Shown: positions 36,790-48,997 of the stretch, one piece after another
Layout: each line of letters begins with the position of its first letter
Position numbering within the stretch: the first letter of the stretch is position 1
Assembly (NCBI RefSeq): GCF_018977255.1
Contig: NW_024704742.1
Span: forward strand, 116,438,001-116,502,000
DNA from: Callorhinchus milii
Taxonomy: Eukaryota
Direction: 5' to 3'
Length of the DNA: 64,000 nucleotides
The notes under the pieces: generated by a model
Told to the model about the DNA's origin: nothing
The model's database searches: none
What the model saw: the letters and a program-made list of their open reading frames with translations, nothing else
Made by a program: the position numbers and the translations under genes

Positions 36790-36985
36790 ACCATCCAGAA
36801 TAAGATAGTGTTAACATGGGAACACCAGCACCTCCAAGTTCTCCTCCAAGACACTCACTGACCTGACTTGCACCTGTATTACCATTTCTTTATCATCTCT
36901 GGGTCAAAATCCTGGAATTCTCTTCTCTAAATCATCACCACAAACTCTGCGTTTGTTTAAAGAAAGGGCCCCACAATCTGTCTGA
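36790..36985 (+). mobile_element. Degraded 3' end of another CR1-group LINE family
   Basis: gggaacaccagcacctccaagttctcctccaag..ctgggtcaaaatcctggaattc resembles a common shark LINE 3' region (recalled). Confidence 0.5.
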
Positions 36986-37018
36986 GAGACAGTCAGACAG
37001 ACAGACAGACAGACAGAT
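36985..37018 (+). repeat. (CAGA)n microsatellite
   Basis: cagacagacagacagacagacaga. Confidence 0.9.
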
Positions 37019-37749
37019 CGTCAGAATTATAGACAAACAGAGGGAAAGAGGTAATGATAAGAGAGAAACAGAGACAGATAGAACATGAAGTGAATCACCA
37101 ATCTTGTCTGGAATATTATTGACTGAGACACCAGGAGAAATTCCCTTTACTTTTCGAGTGATATCTTTAATGTCCTCCTGAACAGGCAGATATGAAGGTT
37201 TAACGCTTCATCCACAGCTGTGTGTTCTGTGCTATGAGTATACATACAGTAGTTACTTTGTTAAAATGACCTCTGCTAAGTTGACAATATTTCCAATTGA
37301 TTTATTGTCCCTGAGGCTTGAAACAGCTGCAATCAATACATGTTAAAACTCTTGGGATTGATCTTTTGGATGGCGAGTCAGACAGCCCTGGCACATTTGA
37401 CAGTAATGCTAAACTCTTGAAGGTGTCCCTAATTTAATAGTTCATAGTGTTCTGGATTGGCATTGGGACAAGAAATAAATAGATGTGTAGAGGATTGCTG
37501 GCAGTGATTGAAGTTTGCTCGTGCTGTCAGATTTAAATTCTAATCGTGGTTCCGTTAGAGCACAACAGACAGTGCAGTCCTTTCAAAGCTTCAGTGCAAG
37601 AATTTTGCTGATTATATTTGAAAGAACACTCAATCTTCAGTCATGATGGATAAAACAGAGTTACTTTCAAAAGATCTTCTTCACTGCCTTTAACCGACCT
37701 TCTATATCTTTAATTTTTTTAAAGTATCATTTTTACTTAATAGTACAGA

Positions 37750-37860
37750 ATAATAATAATCCTTGCATTTGATATAACGTTTTTCAAGTCTTCTAGACGT
37801 CTCAAAGTGCTTCACAGCATGTACTGTAATGTGAATTGACTGTATATTTGTGGGCAAAAT
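37750..37860 (-). mobile_element. Young SINE 3' fragment
   Basis: aataataataatccttgcatttgatata..tctagacgtctcaaagtgcttcacag. Confidence 0.9.
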
Positions 37861-38189
37861 GCCATAATATAATAAATATAATATAATAAAGGGTAAAAGA
37901 CTGGTCACCAATAGTCAGCAGTTACTGGTATTTAGCCCTACTTGTCACCCAACAGCTCTGTGTCTCTGGCCCTATGCCTCTAAAAGCTGCTTTGTTCTTT
38001 AGATTAAGGAGTACATTTCTCTGGAGAAGCAGTAGCAACTTACATTTTCTTATCAGCAATAAATCAATCATTGTCAAATCCAATAGTTTCTACTGATACA
38101 TAATTAGAAATATACAACAATGAACAGGATTTCAATTTTACATCAAACAAATCACTGAAAACTGAGGAACACAATTCTATGTCAATTAA

Positions 38190-38650
38190 TAATACTTGAA
38201 TCTCCATTTGATACAGCGGTTTTCACATCGGGCAGACGTAACAAAGCACTTCAGATGATTTACTATAAAGTGTGGTGACTGTGATTTTGTAGGCACACAC
38301 AACAGCAAATGTGTGCACAGTAATTCTCACAAACAGCCATGAAGTGAATGACTAACTTTATGTGGAAGGTTGTTGGCCAGGAGAAACTCCCTCTTTTTTT
38401 TGAGTTGCATCATAGGAGCTTTCACATCCACCAGACCAGGCAGACGGGACGTTAATTTCACATCTCATCGGAAAAATGGTACACTTTATAGTATATTCTG
38501 TGAAGTTCTTTGACACGTCTCAATGACGTGATATATTAAATGCAAGGACAATTATTATTATTATTACCTCTAATCCAGCATTCCCTCGGCCTTGACTATG
38601 ACTTAAAAATCCCGATGTATGATTTAAAACCGCAAGCTTCTGACTCAGAG
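38190..38650 (-). mobile_element. Old DeuSINE with a young-SINE tail inserted antisense (38482-38567)
   Basis: Minus-strand body interrupted by plus-strand cactttatagtatattctgtgaag...(tta)n. Confidence 0.75.
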
Positions 38651-39157
38651 GCTACAAACTGAATTTGCTTGTGTGGTTGACAGATTCTTTAAAACTCATA
38701 CCCAGTATTTCTAAACGGAAATGTTCTGTGTTACACAGAGCTAAAGTTCTGCCTCATTGGGTTCAGGTCTCTAGGACAGTCTGCATTTAGTTAACTGCTC
38801 AGTCTAAAGGCAGGGAATCTTTCAGTGGTGCTATAGTTAAGACCAGCATTGATACCATTTTAGCTTGACAACAAACCTCCCTTTGTCTCCCCATTATTAA
38901 TAATATTCAGCAAATCTGGAAACAGTAAGAGGTAATAGCAAATTGTATTGTTGTCTAATCCATGGCTGCTGTCAAAAATGGTGCCAAATGAAAAAATATA
39001 CACCCAGGTCCTTTCAATTGAGTGTTCGCCTCCCAATCCTCTCTCCGGAGAGTTCTCTCATAGGCATCATTTCTCCAATCTAAGCATTTTTCTGGCTATC
39101 TAGACACTGGTATCTGGATCTCCCTCTCATCCCTGTTGCAATTGAGATCCTACTAGT

Positions 39158-39775
39158 GGAGTCCTGTAGCTCAGTGGTTAGAGCACTGGCCTTGCAAGCG
39201 AGAGACCTGGGTTCGATTCCCGGCAGGGCAAAACCTTGGGCAAGTTTCCTTACTCCACACTCCTGATAATAATCCCTCAAGAAAAAAACAATAATAATTT
39301 GGAACTCAATCCACGACTGTATGTGGGACACTGCTGTGCACAATTGGCTGCCACGTCTCGCCCACAAAATATAGTCAATTCACTTTACAGTGTATTCTAT
39401 GAAGCACTTTGAGATGTCTCGAAGACGTGGAGTCCTGTAGCTCAGTGGTTAGAGCACTCACCTCGGAAGTGAGAGACCTGGGTTCGATTCCCAGCAGGGC
39501 GAAACCTTGGGCAAGTTTCCTTACTCCACATGCCTGATAATGATCCCTCAAGAAAAAAAAATTTGGTCTCTTCAATCCACAACTGTTTGTGGGACACTGC
39601 TGTGTGAGATTGGCTGCTGTGTTTCACCCACAAATATACAGTCAATTCACTTTACAGTATATTCTGTGAAGCGCTTTGAGAAGTCTAGAAGACTTGATAA
39701 GCGCTATATCAAATGCAAAGATTATAATTATTATTATTATTAAGGCACTATATCAAATGCAAGGATTATTATTAT
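39158..39775 (+). mobile_element. Young SINE (39158-39428 plus 39742-39775) with a second full copy nested at 39429-39741
   Basis: Two heads in series followed by two tails in series. Confidence 0.9.
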
Positions 39776-40230
39776 AACCTCTGCAGACTACTCCCTGTTC
39801 AAATCGCTTACACCTGGTCCCTGATCTTATTTATGCCATTGTTACATAGAAAGGAAAGAGCAGAAAAAGACCCAGAGAACTATTGGGTTAATTTCTGGGA
39901 TAATTCCACCATTTCACCTCTAATTCCACTCTACGCCTTCCCTTGTGTTATCTTCTCCCTGTATTACCCCCACCCCTTCAGAAAGAAAATATGTTTTACT
40001 TCTGAACAGAATCTCTCGATCCACATTCTTCACTGTAGGTAGGACTTTTTCCATCTTTTGGCTTCTTTCAGTGCTGTGAGAAGCTACCATGTGTGAAGGC
40101 TGCTATATAATTGCAAGTTGGTACTGTTGTTGTTCTATTGCAGACAGTAACAAAGATAGCTCCGCAGAGAAATAACTGCAGAAAAACTCAATTAACTAAC
40201 AAGAGGCCAGTCTTTCACTGTAGCATTGAT

Positions 40231-41380
40231 ACAACAACAATAACAAAATTACATTTGCATAGCACCTTTCACATCAGGAGGACGTCCCCGAGCTAAGGGT
40301 TGAGATTGGGGAGGGTGGAGAGCAGGGAGATCGAAAGCACGGTCGAAGAGGAGGGTTTTGAGATGAGTCTTGAAGGAGGCAAGGGAGGGGGCGAGATGGA
40401 GGGACTGCGGGATGGAGTTCCAGAGGGTGGGGGCAGCGTGGCAAAAGGCTTGCCCGATAATGGTGAGCCTGCTGGGGAGCCGGAGCCTGCTGAGCGGAGA
40501 GAGCAGCCAGGAAGGTAGGGGGTTAGGAGGTCGCAGAGGGAGGGTGGAGCAAGACCATGGAGGGCTTTGAAGGTGAGGACCAAGATCTTGAACTGTATCC
40601 TCTGAGTGATGGGAAGCCAGTGGAGTTAGGCAAGGATGGAGGTGATAGGGTCACAGAGCCTGGTGTGGAAGAGGACACATGCTGCAGAGTTCTGGATGAT
40701 CTCCAGCCTATGGAGGGAGGAGTTGGGGAGGCCGTCAAGTAAGGAGTTTGCATAGTCAAGCCTTGATGTAATGAATGGGTGTATGAGGGTTTCAGTGGCC
40801 TGCAGTGTGAAACAGTGGTGGAGCTGGGCGAGGTGGGGGAAGGCAGAGCTCATGGCACGGACGTGGGGTAGAAAGGATAGTTGAGAGTCAAACAAGGTGC
40901 CAAGGTTCCGAACTGGCTTAGCAAGGTGGAGTGTGCATCTTTGGATGGTGGTGCTGTCAGCGCCTGAGGTGAGGAGGCGCTGACAAGAGCCAATCAGGAG
41001 AGTCTCAGTCTTGTTGACATTCAACTGAAGAACGTTAGCTCTCATCCAGGACTTGATGTCTGACAGACATTCTGTCAGGACAGCAGTGGTCCTGGAGTCA
41101 AGGATGGAGGCAGAGAGGTACAATTGGGTGTTATCCGTATACATATGGAAGTTGACCTCATGTCTGTGATTGATGTCACCAAGAGGGAGCCTATAGATGT
41201 TGAAGAGAAGGGGACCAAGGACAGAGCCCTGAGGATCGCCGCACAAGACGGTGCGGGGGCTAGAGGAGAAACTGTTTGTGGAGATAAAGAGGAGGCGGTT
41301 TGAGAGGTATGATCTGAACCGTTCAAGGACAGAATTGTGAAGGTTGAGGTGCGAGGAGAGACGATGGAGGAGAATAGAGA
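40231..41380 (-). mobile_element. L2 LINE, 5'-truncated (RT plus C-terminus)
   Basis: ORF 40626..41405: RFRSYLSNR, PQGSVLGPLLFNIY, HMYTDNTQLY, FITSRLDYANSLL; tail appears as (CAA)n at 40231. Confidence 0.95.
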
Positions 41381-41406
41381 TATTTCCTGGGCAGTGCTCT
41401 GCCATT

Positions 41407-41468
41407 CAACAACAACAAACTACATTTGTACAGCGCCTTTCATGTCGGGAGGACATCCCACGGCGCTG
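41407..41468 (-). mobile_element. Isolated L2 3' tail
   Basis: caacaacaacaaactacatttgtacagcgcctttcatgtcgggaggacatccc. Confidence 0.8.
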
Positions 41469-42409
41469 AATAATTATTAAAAGTTAATTAATCTGTTAAA
41501 AATAATACAGAAACTTAAAAGACTAATTTGCCATGAGAATGGAAATCACGAGCTCGATTCACACATTTAAAAAAACGGGGGAAAAAGTGTGGAGGTGAAA
41601 CCTGAAGATAATTGCCAAAGGGAACATATTACAAATGCTGCAGATTTCACTCTGGGGTGTTTCCCAGAGCAGCCTGGTAAGCTTTGGTGTAGTTAAAGCA
41701 TCAATCATTTTAAAGTCATCCTGCAGCATCGAATAGCCTTTCAATGAGCAATCAACAAACTCAATAGTAGTAGAGAGGGGACTGAAAGAGCATTGCAAGT
41801 GGATCATTCTTAATGCTTTAAAGCGTCAAACTCTACTCAGCCCAACGTTCGTCCCGCTCTGTTCCTTTAGGGTTGATGGGAGCTGTTAAAGACAATATAT
41901 TCACAAGAAATGCTTCAATAGGGAAATAATACTGTTTACTCATAATGGTCAGTTGGAAAGCTATCACTATTGCTGGCTGACTACTCAATTCAGTTTACCG
42001 CACATCTAGCCTCCATTTTCCTTCTATATATTCCTCCGTCTCTCATGGACAACCTCATCAATTGGTAAAATACGTTAAGGAGGATTATTATCATTAAAAG
42101 AGTTTTATTTGGAACCACATGTTATATTGCACTATGGACTCACAAATGTTAATTATTGTGAGAACAGTAAGGGTTCCACTTGGGTCTAGATTTACTTCAT
42201 TTTCTTTGCTGTTCAGAACATCCATAATTTGTCAAATTGTTAAATGCAGCCTTAATTTTCAAGCAGGGTTTCTGCAAGTTCTTGTAAGTTCTCTGTTCTG
42301 CAACAAATAAACCAGATAACAATGGAAGAGAGGTATTGATCATTTATACCATGACACTATTGAAATTTGTTATCTAGGTTTGCTATTGTTAATATAAACG
42401 GTGTCAAAT

Positions 42410-42690
42410 CCAGGCTGGATCTCCAATGCAGTGCTTGGGGGAGTCCTGCATTATGGAGGTGTTCATTCCCATCTGTCTGTTCAGATGAATGTTAAAGATC
42501 CCAAGGCACAATTGAAAAGAGAACAGCATTTATCCCAGTGGCCTGGCCACCAAATCTCCAGGTCAAATTGATCATTCACTTCATAGCTGTTTGTGGGATA
42601 TTGCTGTGTGCAAATTTGCTGCAGTATTCGCCTACCAAATGCACAGTCCCCGCACTTCACTATAAAGCCTATGAAGTGCTTTGAGATACT
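42410..42690 (+). mobile_element. Old DeuSINE
   Basis: atgttaaagatcccaaggcac..tgtgggatattgctgtgtgcaaatt. Confidence 0.75.
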
Positions 42691-44939
42691 CCCCCCCACT
42701 CCCACCCCCCACTCGATACTCCTCATTAAATCAGTGTTCTCATAGGCTACACTCTTGATTCCAGTCCTACATGGACATTTACATTAAGTTAGTCACAAAT
42801 TATAGAGTGACATGATTAACTCAAGGCAGTGAATTCTCAGCACACTCTACCCACACGCCTTTACCTTAATGGCAATTCTAACCCAGGATTGACAACTTAT
42901 ATAAGGCCCTTTATCTCAAAGCTTTTCAAAACCCCGTATGTTCAGCAACAGGGAAATTGCATCTTCTGCAGTTTAATTACTAGCAAAGCACTGTTTATAT
43001 GCTGCTACTGACAGTGTGTGGGTGGGGGCTAATCTCGTACCACCGCAAATAGCATTGAGCCCTTCCTCCTCATTTTCCTGAAGAAACATAATTTCCCCAG
43101 TGTCAGCAATTGTATAGTAATTTTCTTGATGGGGGATGGGTGGGTGGAATTCCTGTCTAATGCTTCTCTTATTCACATAATGAACTGAATCTCCAGACAG
43201 AGCTCATTGAGTGACAAAAAAAATTGCTTTGCAATAACCCAGTTGTTGTTTGTTGCTTGTGGGTCCAAATGTCAGGCTGTTTGAAGTCCCTTTTTTGGTA
43301 AGTTTTCTTTCATTCATTTTGATGCGCAAGTTACAGAGCACGTTAGAGTTTATAACTCTGACTGAGCAGCAAAGAATGGGAGGGGGACAATAGATAACTA
43401 GAACTAGGTGAATCCAGGTGTCAGAAAGAAAATGGAGTGTAAAACAAGGTTTTTCTTTATATAGAATCAACACCACTGAAATAGAACTTCGAAGCAACTG
43501 GTCCATGCTGGGGTTTATACTACACATGAGCCCTCATCCATCCTAGGCACCTCCTCCCCCCATAACTCTATTCCCTTCTCTTTCATTTATTCTTATGAAC
43601 AAGAATGTCAGCATTGTTGCTAAGACAATCTGAGGCAGCATTCACCAACTGTAAAGTACAGCCTTGATGTAGTGCCATTTAATGGATCAACCTTAGGTGC
43701 CAAATAGGATTATTGGTCACTTCAAGCAATTCAGGAGGAACATTGTTCAATGGAGCAATTGTTGGCAGAACGTTCCAGGAGACAGCAGCATCCTCTTGGA
43801 TATCCAGTCTTGATGTAGTGCCAACTATCAGATTAACCTCAGATGGGCAGTAAAGTGTACAGAACGAGGTGAGAAGTTGATGGCTGGGAAGCAACAGAAG
43901 TACATCAATCAAAACCACAGCCACCTAGCCCAAGTCCTATGCCAGTGTTAGTGTATGTTACCAGGCTGCATATTTCCTACCTCCTCCCTGCTAAATTGAA
44001 ATTTTGTTCAGGAAAAATGAACTGACAGGTTTTCTGTTCCATTTATTTACAGGGATGTTTTCATGTATAAATGGCATACATATGTGAATTTCAGCCTGGT
44101 TTCATCAGGAATCAGCCTTCCATTGTTCAGAGGCAGCAGCTAATGGTTAACTGGAATATAAACATGGACACAGCTCAGTTGGACCAAATGATCTGCTTTG
44201 ATAATGTAAAGTTGTATATATAATTGCATGTAATTCTGTATGATTCGTGATCATGTGCTTGTGTTCTTCTGCTCATTTTAGTAGAATTGTGAAGAGTGTC
44301 CGGCATTGGTGGTTATCTCATCCATGACAAGGACCTTTGAGTTTCAAAAGCACATCTGCCTTTAAGAGTCTGCCACTATGGTTGTGGCTGCTCTCCTCAT
44401 GAATTACATGTTGAGAGAGGATGTGCATGTCTGGTGAGGATAAAATCACGCTCAGCTGTGATTGTCCCATGGTTGCATAGCCTGCAATTACTCACTGTCT
44501 AGGCTCAGACATGAAAACAGAGGTACTAAAGGGTATCCAGCACCCACAGAACTATATCAGCACATGTCAGTTTATTCAGTAAAGTGCACATCCTCATGAT
44601 TATACTTTGCTTAAGCAGAATGTAGACTCACCAGTAAAATGCTTGGAACCAACTTGCACCATAACTGAGGCATACATTTAGCTCAAAATATTTTTCAGAT
44701 GGAATTTAAAAGTAGTCAGTCTTCAACTAACAATCAAAAGCTGAAAATGGATTTAAGCTCAGAAAAGGGAAGGTAAATGGGGAATTCAGATTTAACAGAT
44801 TTAAACAAAGAGAGGTGACTATGGGGATAATACCAAACAAGTGGTGGAGGGAGATTGTCAGCAATGTTCAATAAGGAATTAGATATCTATTTGGCAAATT
44901 AAATCAATTGAAGGCTAAGAAAGATAGAGAAATGCCAGG

Positions 44940-45440
44940 TGTTAGCCTGGCTCGTTTGGTGGCACTCTCATATCTGAATCAACAGATTGTGCGTTCAAAT
45001 GCTACGCCAGGACTTTGAGATCATAGTCTAAGATGACACGCCAGTATCATGCTGGGGGAGTTCTGCATTTTCATTAGTGTCATCCTTTGCATGAGATGTT
45101 AAACTAACATCTCACTGCCTGTCCAGGTGAACATTAAAGATCCTTTGAGAGAGCAGCCACAATCACAGTGTGCATGCATGATGGCAGGCTTTTAAAGCAA
45201 GATGTGTTTCTGAAACTCAATGTTCCATGTCATGGATGAGTTAACCATCTCTGCTGGAAATACATAACTACTCAAAAAGAGAAGGGAATGCTCCCAGATA
45301 AAATTGTTCATTCATTTCATCACTGTTTATGGGACATTTCTGTGCACATTGTCTGCTATACAGTAAATTCTGTGAAGCGTTGTGAGACATTTTGACAATG
45401 TAATAAAGTGTTTTACCAAATTATTCTTTTTTATTATTAT
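44940..45440 (+). mobile_element. Old DeuSINE containing a non-SINE insert (~45147-45270)
   Basis: Head gttagcctggctcgtttggtggcactctc; body broken after aaagatcc. Confidence 0.75.
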
Positions 45441-46117
45441 TTGTATTACTTAGGATTTGTCAAAAGGCCACAGCAGTGGCCTTTTTCAGTGCTGTTTGTT
45501 CCTATGTTTCTATGTAAAATTCCACGATTGAAGTATCATTGGGCTCTATTTACTAACCACACTTTATTCAGTAGTCACTTGGATGAGTACAGGGGATAAG
45601 AATGAACCTGAAGACAGACGGAAGAATTAAACAAAGACTTTGCCCAGGGTAATCATTAATCCTTTTGTCTCAGACATGACAGGATGTTTTGACCTAACGT
45701 AAAGAAATAACGTGGGAAAGGTGGCCCATACAAGGACAGCAATAAACTCAGTAATTGTGGATTTAAGTCAATGGATGTAAAAAAACCTCTCACAAATTGA
45801 TCCTTTAGGAGTCATAAAAACATATTAACTCTAAGGAGTCTGTGGACTTTTTCCTGCACTGACACAGAAAGAGAAGTGTGCCAGTTCACAATTTCATCTT
45901 CAAAGAACACTATTAAACAAGTAAATACTGTGCTTTAGATTTATTTTCCCTCATTCACATTTTCTCTACATAATTAAAAGAACTTTACAAAGTGCAGGAA
46001 CCTAATTCTGCGCAAAAAAAATTCTCACTTTTCTATGTCACTATCCATGTCCCTATAGAATTGTATGGGCACAGAGGCAAATAGTGGGGGAAGGTTTTCT
46101 TCCCAATCAACTCCTGG

Positions 46118-46420
46118 TAAAGCTTTAATAGGTAGAGTGGTCCTAACTCAGCAAGCAGCAGGGGAAGCTTGCCAGACAGGGGGGTTAGCTGGTTAGATTA
46201 CAGCAGTACCCCAAAGAAGACTTTGAGATCCCAAAGCCTTGGCTCTTGCCAACCTGCATCTAATACTCACCGAGTGTTTCCCTCCGGGGAGAGAGTGCAC
46301 ATATTCCCTTCCAGACGGAGGGAAGTTTTCATGCGTAAGTGGCATATATGGACCTCTGTCTGGTTTGGATACTCTTAAGCATGGTGATGTGTTTCTGCAT
46401 GACCCAGCTGATCCAAAAAA
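46118..46420 (+). repeat. Family X copy (3' part)
   Basis: Aligns with 18630-18968; ends gatccaaaaaa. Confidence 0.75.
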
Positions 46421-47359
46421 CATAGAACCGTACCTGAGTAGAAGGGAAAATATCAAATTGCCTCCAGGGGGGTGGCGCAGGGGGAATTGGAGGTGAAAGC
46501 TTGACAGAAAATGTGGTACAGCTGACCATCCGGGAGCGTTGTAAATCGTAGAATTTAAAAAGCTGCTTTGGATTTGCTGTTTTTTTGGTACAGGCAGACT
46601 GCATATTTGAGACTAAATTGTTCATTGTGGTCTATTCCCCCCTGAGGCTCTTTTTAATGGCAATTGTTTCACTTGTTTTTTGAACCATAACTTAGTTATA
46701 CAGAAATACAAGAATTTAAAAGAGAACAAAATAAATTCAGTTTGATACCTGCATTACCAGTATTCTATATATATAGATGATATTCTATACTGTGTAGATA
46801 GACATTTGTTCACAACATTATGTGTAAAACAGCCTCTTTCATCATAAAGCCCAAATGAAACAAGCTGGAATGGAAATGGAGTCATGAAAGCATTGATTCA
46901 TAGTGAAATGGATGCTCAGGATGAACCCATCTACTGGCAGAACATTCACTCTTCACAGAGAGGAAAAGAGTCATTTATTTCCAACTGTATCTAATTGTGT
47001 CTGGCCTGAGGCTTAAATTAATTAGCTGAGAACCCTGCTGATACCAAGCCTTACTTCCTAATCCTATTGGATTGCACAGAAGCATGGTCTGGTATCCGTT
47101 AGCTGTCCTTTTAAATCTTGGGTTTACCAACTCAGTTTACCGATTCAACCCTTAGGTATTAAGGGTTCGCCTACAAATAGACGCCAGTAAATCTTGTAAA
47201 GCGCTTTGAGATGTCTCGATGGTATGATAAGGTGCATTATCAACTGCAAAGATTATTACTTGAAAACTCGTAAGGAAACATCTAAACTGGGACTTATCTG
47301 ATCAGTGCTGTGACATGTACTTCACAGAAATACAGTATTCTTTCATGTAATGAATATTG

Positions 47360-47630
47360 CCTGCTTTACGTCTCCTGCCCTATCTGCCCCATCATTGATG
47401 GGCGAGCTTCCAGCCATTCTGCTCCCACTATGAAACTCTATCCGAAGTCCCTCCGCCTCCCCCTGCGCCCCATATTTAAAGCCTGCCTCAAAACTTACCT
47501 CTTTGACCATGCTTTCAGTCACTTTTTCCCCACCCTCTTCAGTTCCCACCCCTGGCTTGGGTGTCAGTGGTCTGAATTGCTTTGTGACATCCTCCTAACG
47601 TGAAAGATGCTGTATAAATGTAAGCTGTAT
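47360..47630 (+). mobile_element. L2 3' fragment
   Basis: IIDGRASSHSAP..FKACLKTYLFDHAF. Confidence 0.8.
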
Positions 47631-47769
47631 TAACTTCCACATCTCAAGTTTTATATAATGCGGTAGTTCAGGGTTAGTGCTTGTAGTAGTATCTGTGGTA
47701 CAAATGCTACAGCTAAAGAAAATGTCTTCACTATCTGGAAGTTCTGAATTCACACTAGGCTGGCAACAC

Positions 47770-47972
47770 TATAACAACAACAATTTGCATTTATATAGAA
47801 TCCTTCACATGGGGTAGTGTCTCTTAACAGTGGCAGAGCCTGACCCTGAGCCTGGGGGAGATGATCGTAGGCATGGTTGAAGAGGAAGGTCTTAAGACGT
47901 GATCTGAAAATGGGGAAGGAAGGGGCAAGGTGGAGGGATTGAGGGAGAGAGTTCCAGGGCATAGCGGCTGAA
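47770..47972 (-). mobile_element. L2 3' fragment
   Basis: PWNSLPQSLHLAPSFPIFRSRLKTFLFNHAY plus tail. Confidence 0.85.
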
Positions 47973-48683
47973 AGCACTATATAAAATATTCAAAAATAAA
48001 GTGAGCCTTTCAAAGATCAGTGTAGAATAACCATTTTATTCAGTGAAATTAAATTCCAACGTCTCTTTTTTAAGGCTGATTTTCCAACTTTTGCTAATCA
48101 TTTTCCGATTTAACCCATTCTGCATATCAAAGTCTTTGGAGTTCACTTATAAGGAGGCTCCAGTCATACTGGAATCACACGTCAGCTTTCAGAGATTAGA
48201 TACCGCTTGTTGTGTGGTCATATCTCTTACTACAGTAGTTGCAGATAGTGGGGAAAATAATCATGTAGTCTTACAAGTAACAAAGAGAAAAACAGAAACG
48301 GAGAAAAAGCACATTCAATATTCCACAAATGAAGAACATTACAGACAGTTTTCACTATTAAAGATGGAATAGTAATAAATATTTTACAAATTTGTCCTGC
48401 CCACCCCCACCTCCCACAGTACAATATATAGTGGTTTAAAGCATTGCTGCCTGCAGAATAAGTGATCTCAAGAATAAGTCATCTCTCTGCATCAGCACAG
48501 AGATTGAGAATCTCGGTTATTTCCAGAAATCAGGTTATCTCGGTATCTTGAGCCTTGAGGTAGACATGAACAAGACAGACTCCTGTTGGATATAATCTAA
48601 CTATTGTAATCTAGGCACCACTTGTATACCATACATTTCTGGGGGTTTTAATGGGCAGATCATACTGTATGTTTAAATTACAT

Positions 48684-48997
48684 GGAGTCCTGTAGCTCAG
48701 TGGTTAGAGTACTCGCCTCACAAGCGAAAGACCTGGGTTCGATTCCTGGCAGGATGAAACCTTGGGTAAGTTTCCTTAGTCCACATGCCTGATAATAATC
48801 CCTCAAGAAAAAAAACAATAATAAAATTGGTCACTTCAATCCACAACTGTTTGTGGGACACTGCTGTGCACAATTGGCTGCCACGTTTTGCCCACAAATG
48901 TACAGTCAATTCACTTTACAGTATATTCTATGAAGCGCTTTGAGACGTCCAGAAGATGTTAAAAGCACTATATCAAATTCAAGGATTATTACTATTA
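48684..48997 (+). mobile_element. Young tRNA-headed SINE, full length
   Basis: Complete head (A- and B-box), Deu core, tail. Confidence 0.95.

Noticed and set aside
39158..39230. tRNA-Ala(CGC)-like cloverleaf as a true tRNA gene
   Set aside because: It is the SINE head: always followed by SINE body, and the anticodon varies between copies
48455..48486. 16-bp tandem duplication agaataagt(g/c)atctc
   Set aside because: Ordinary slippage; two units only
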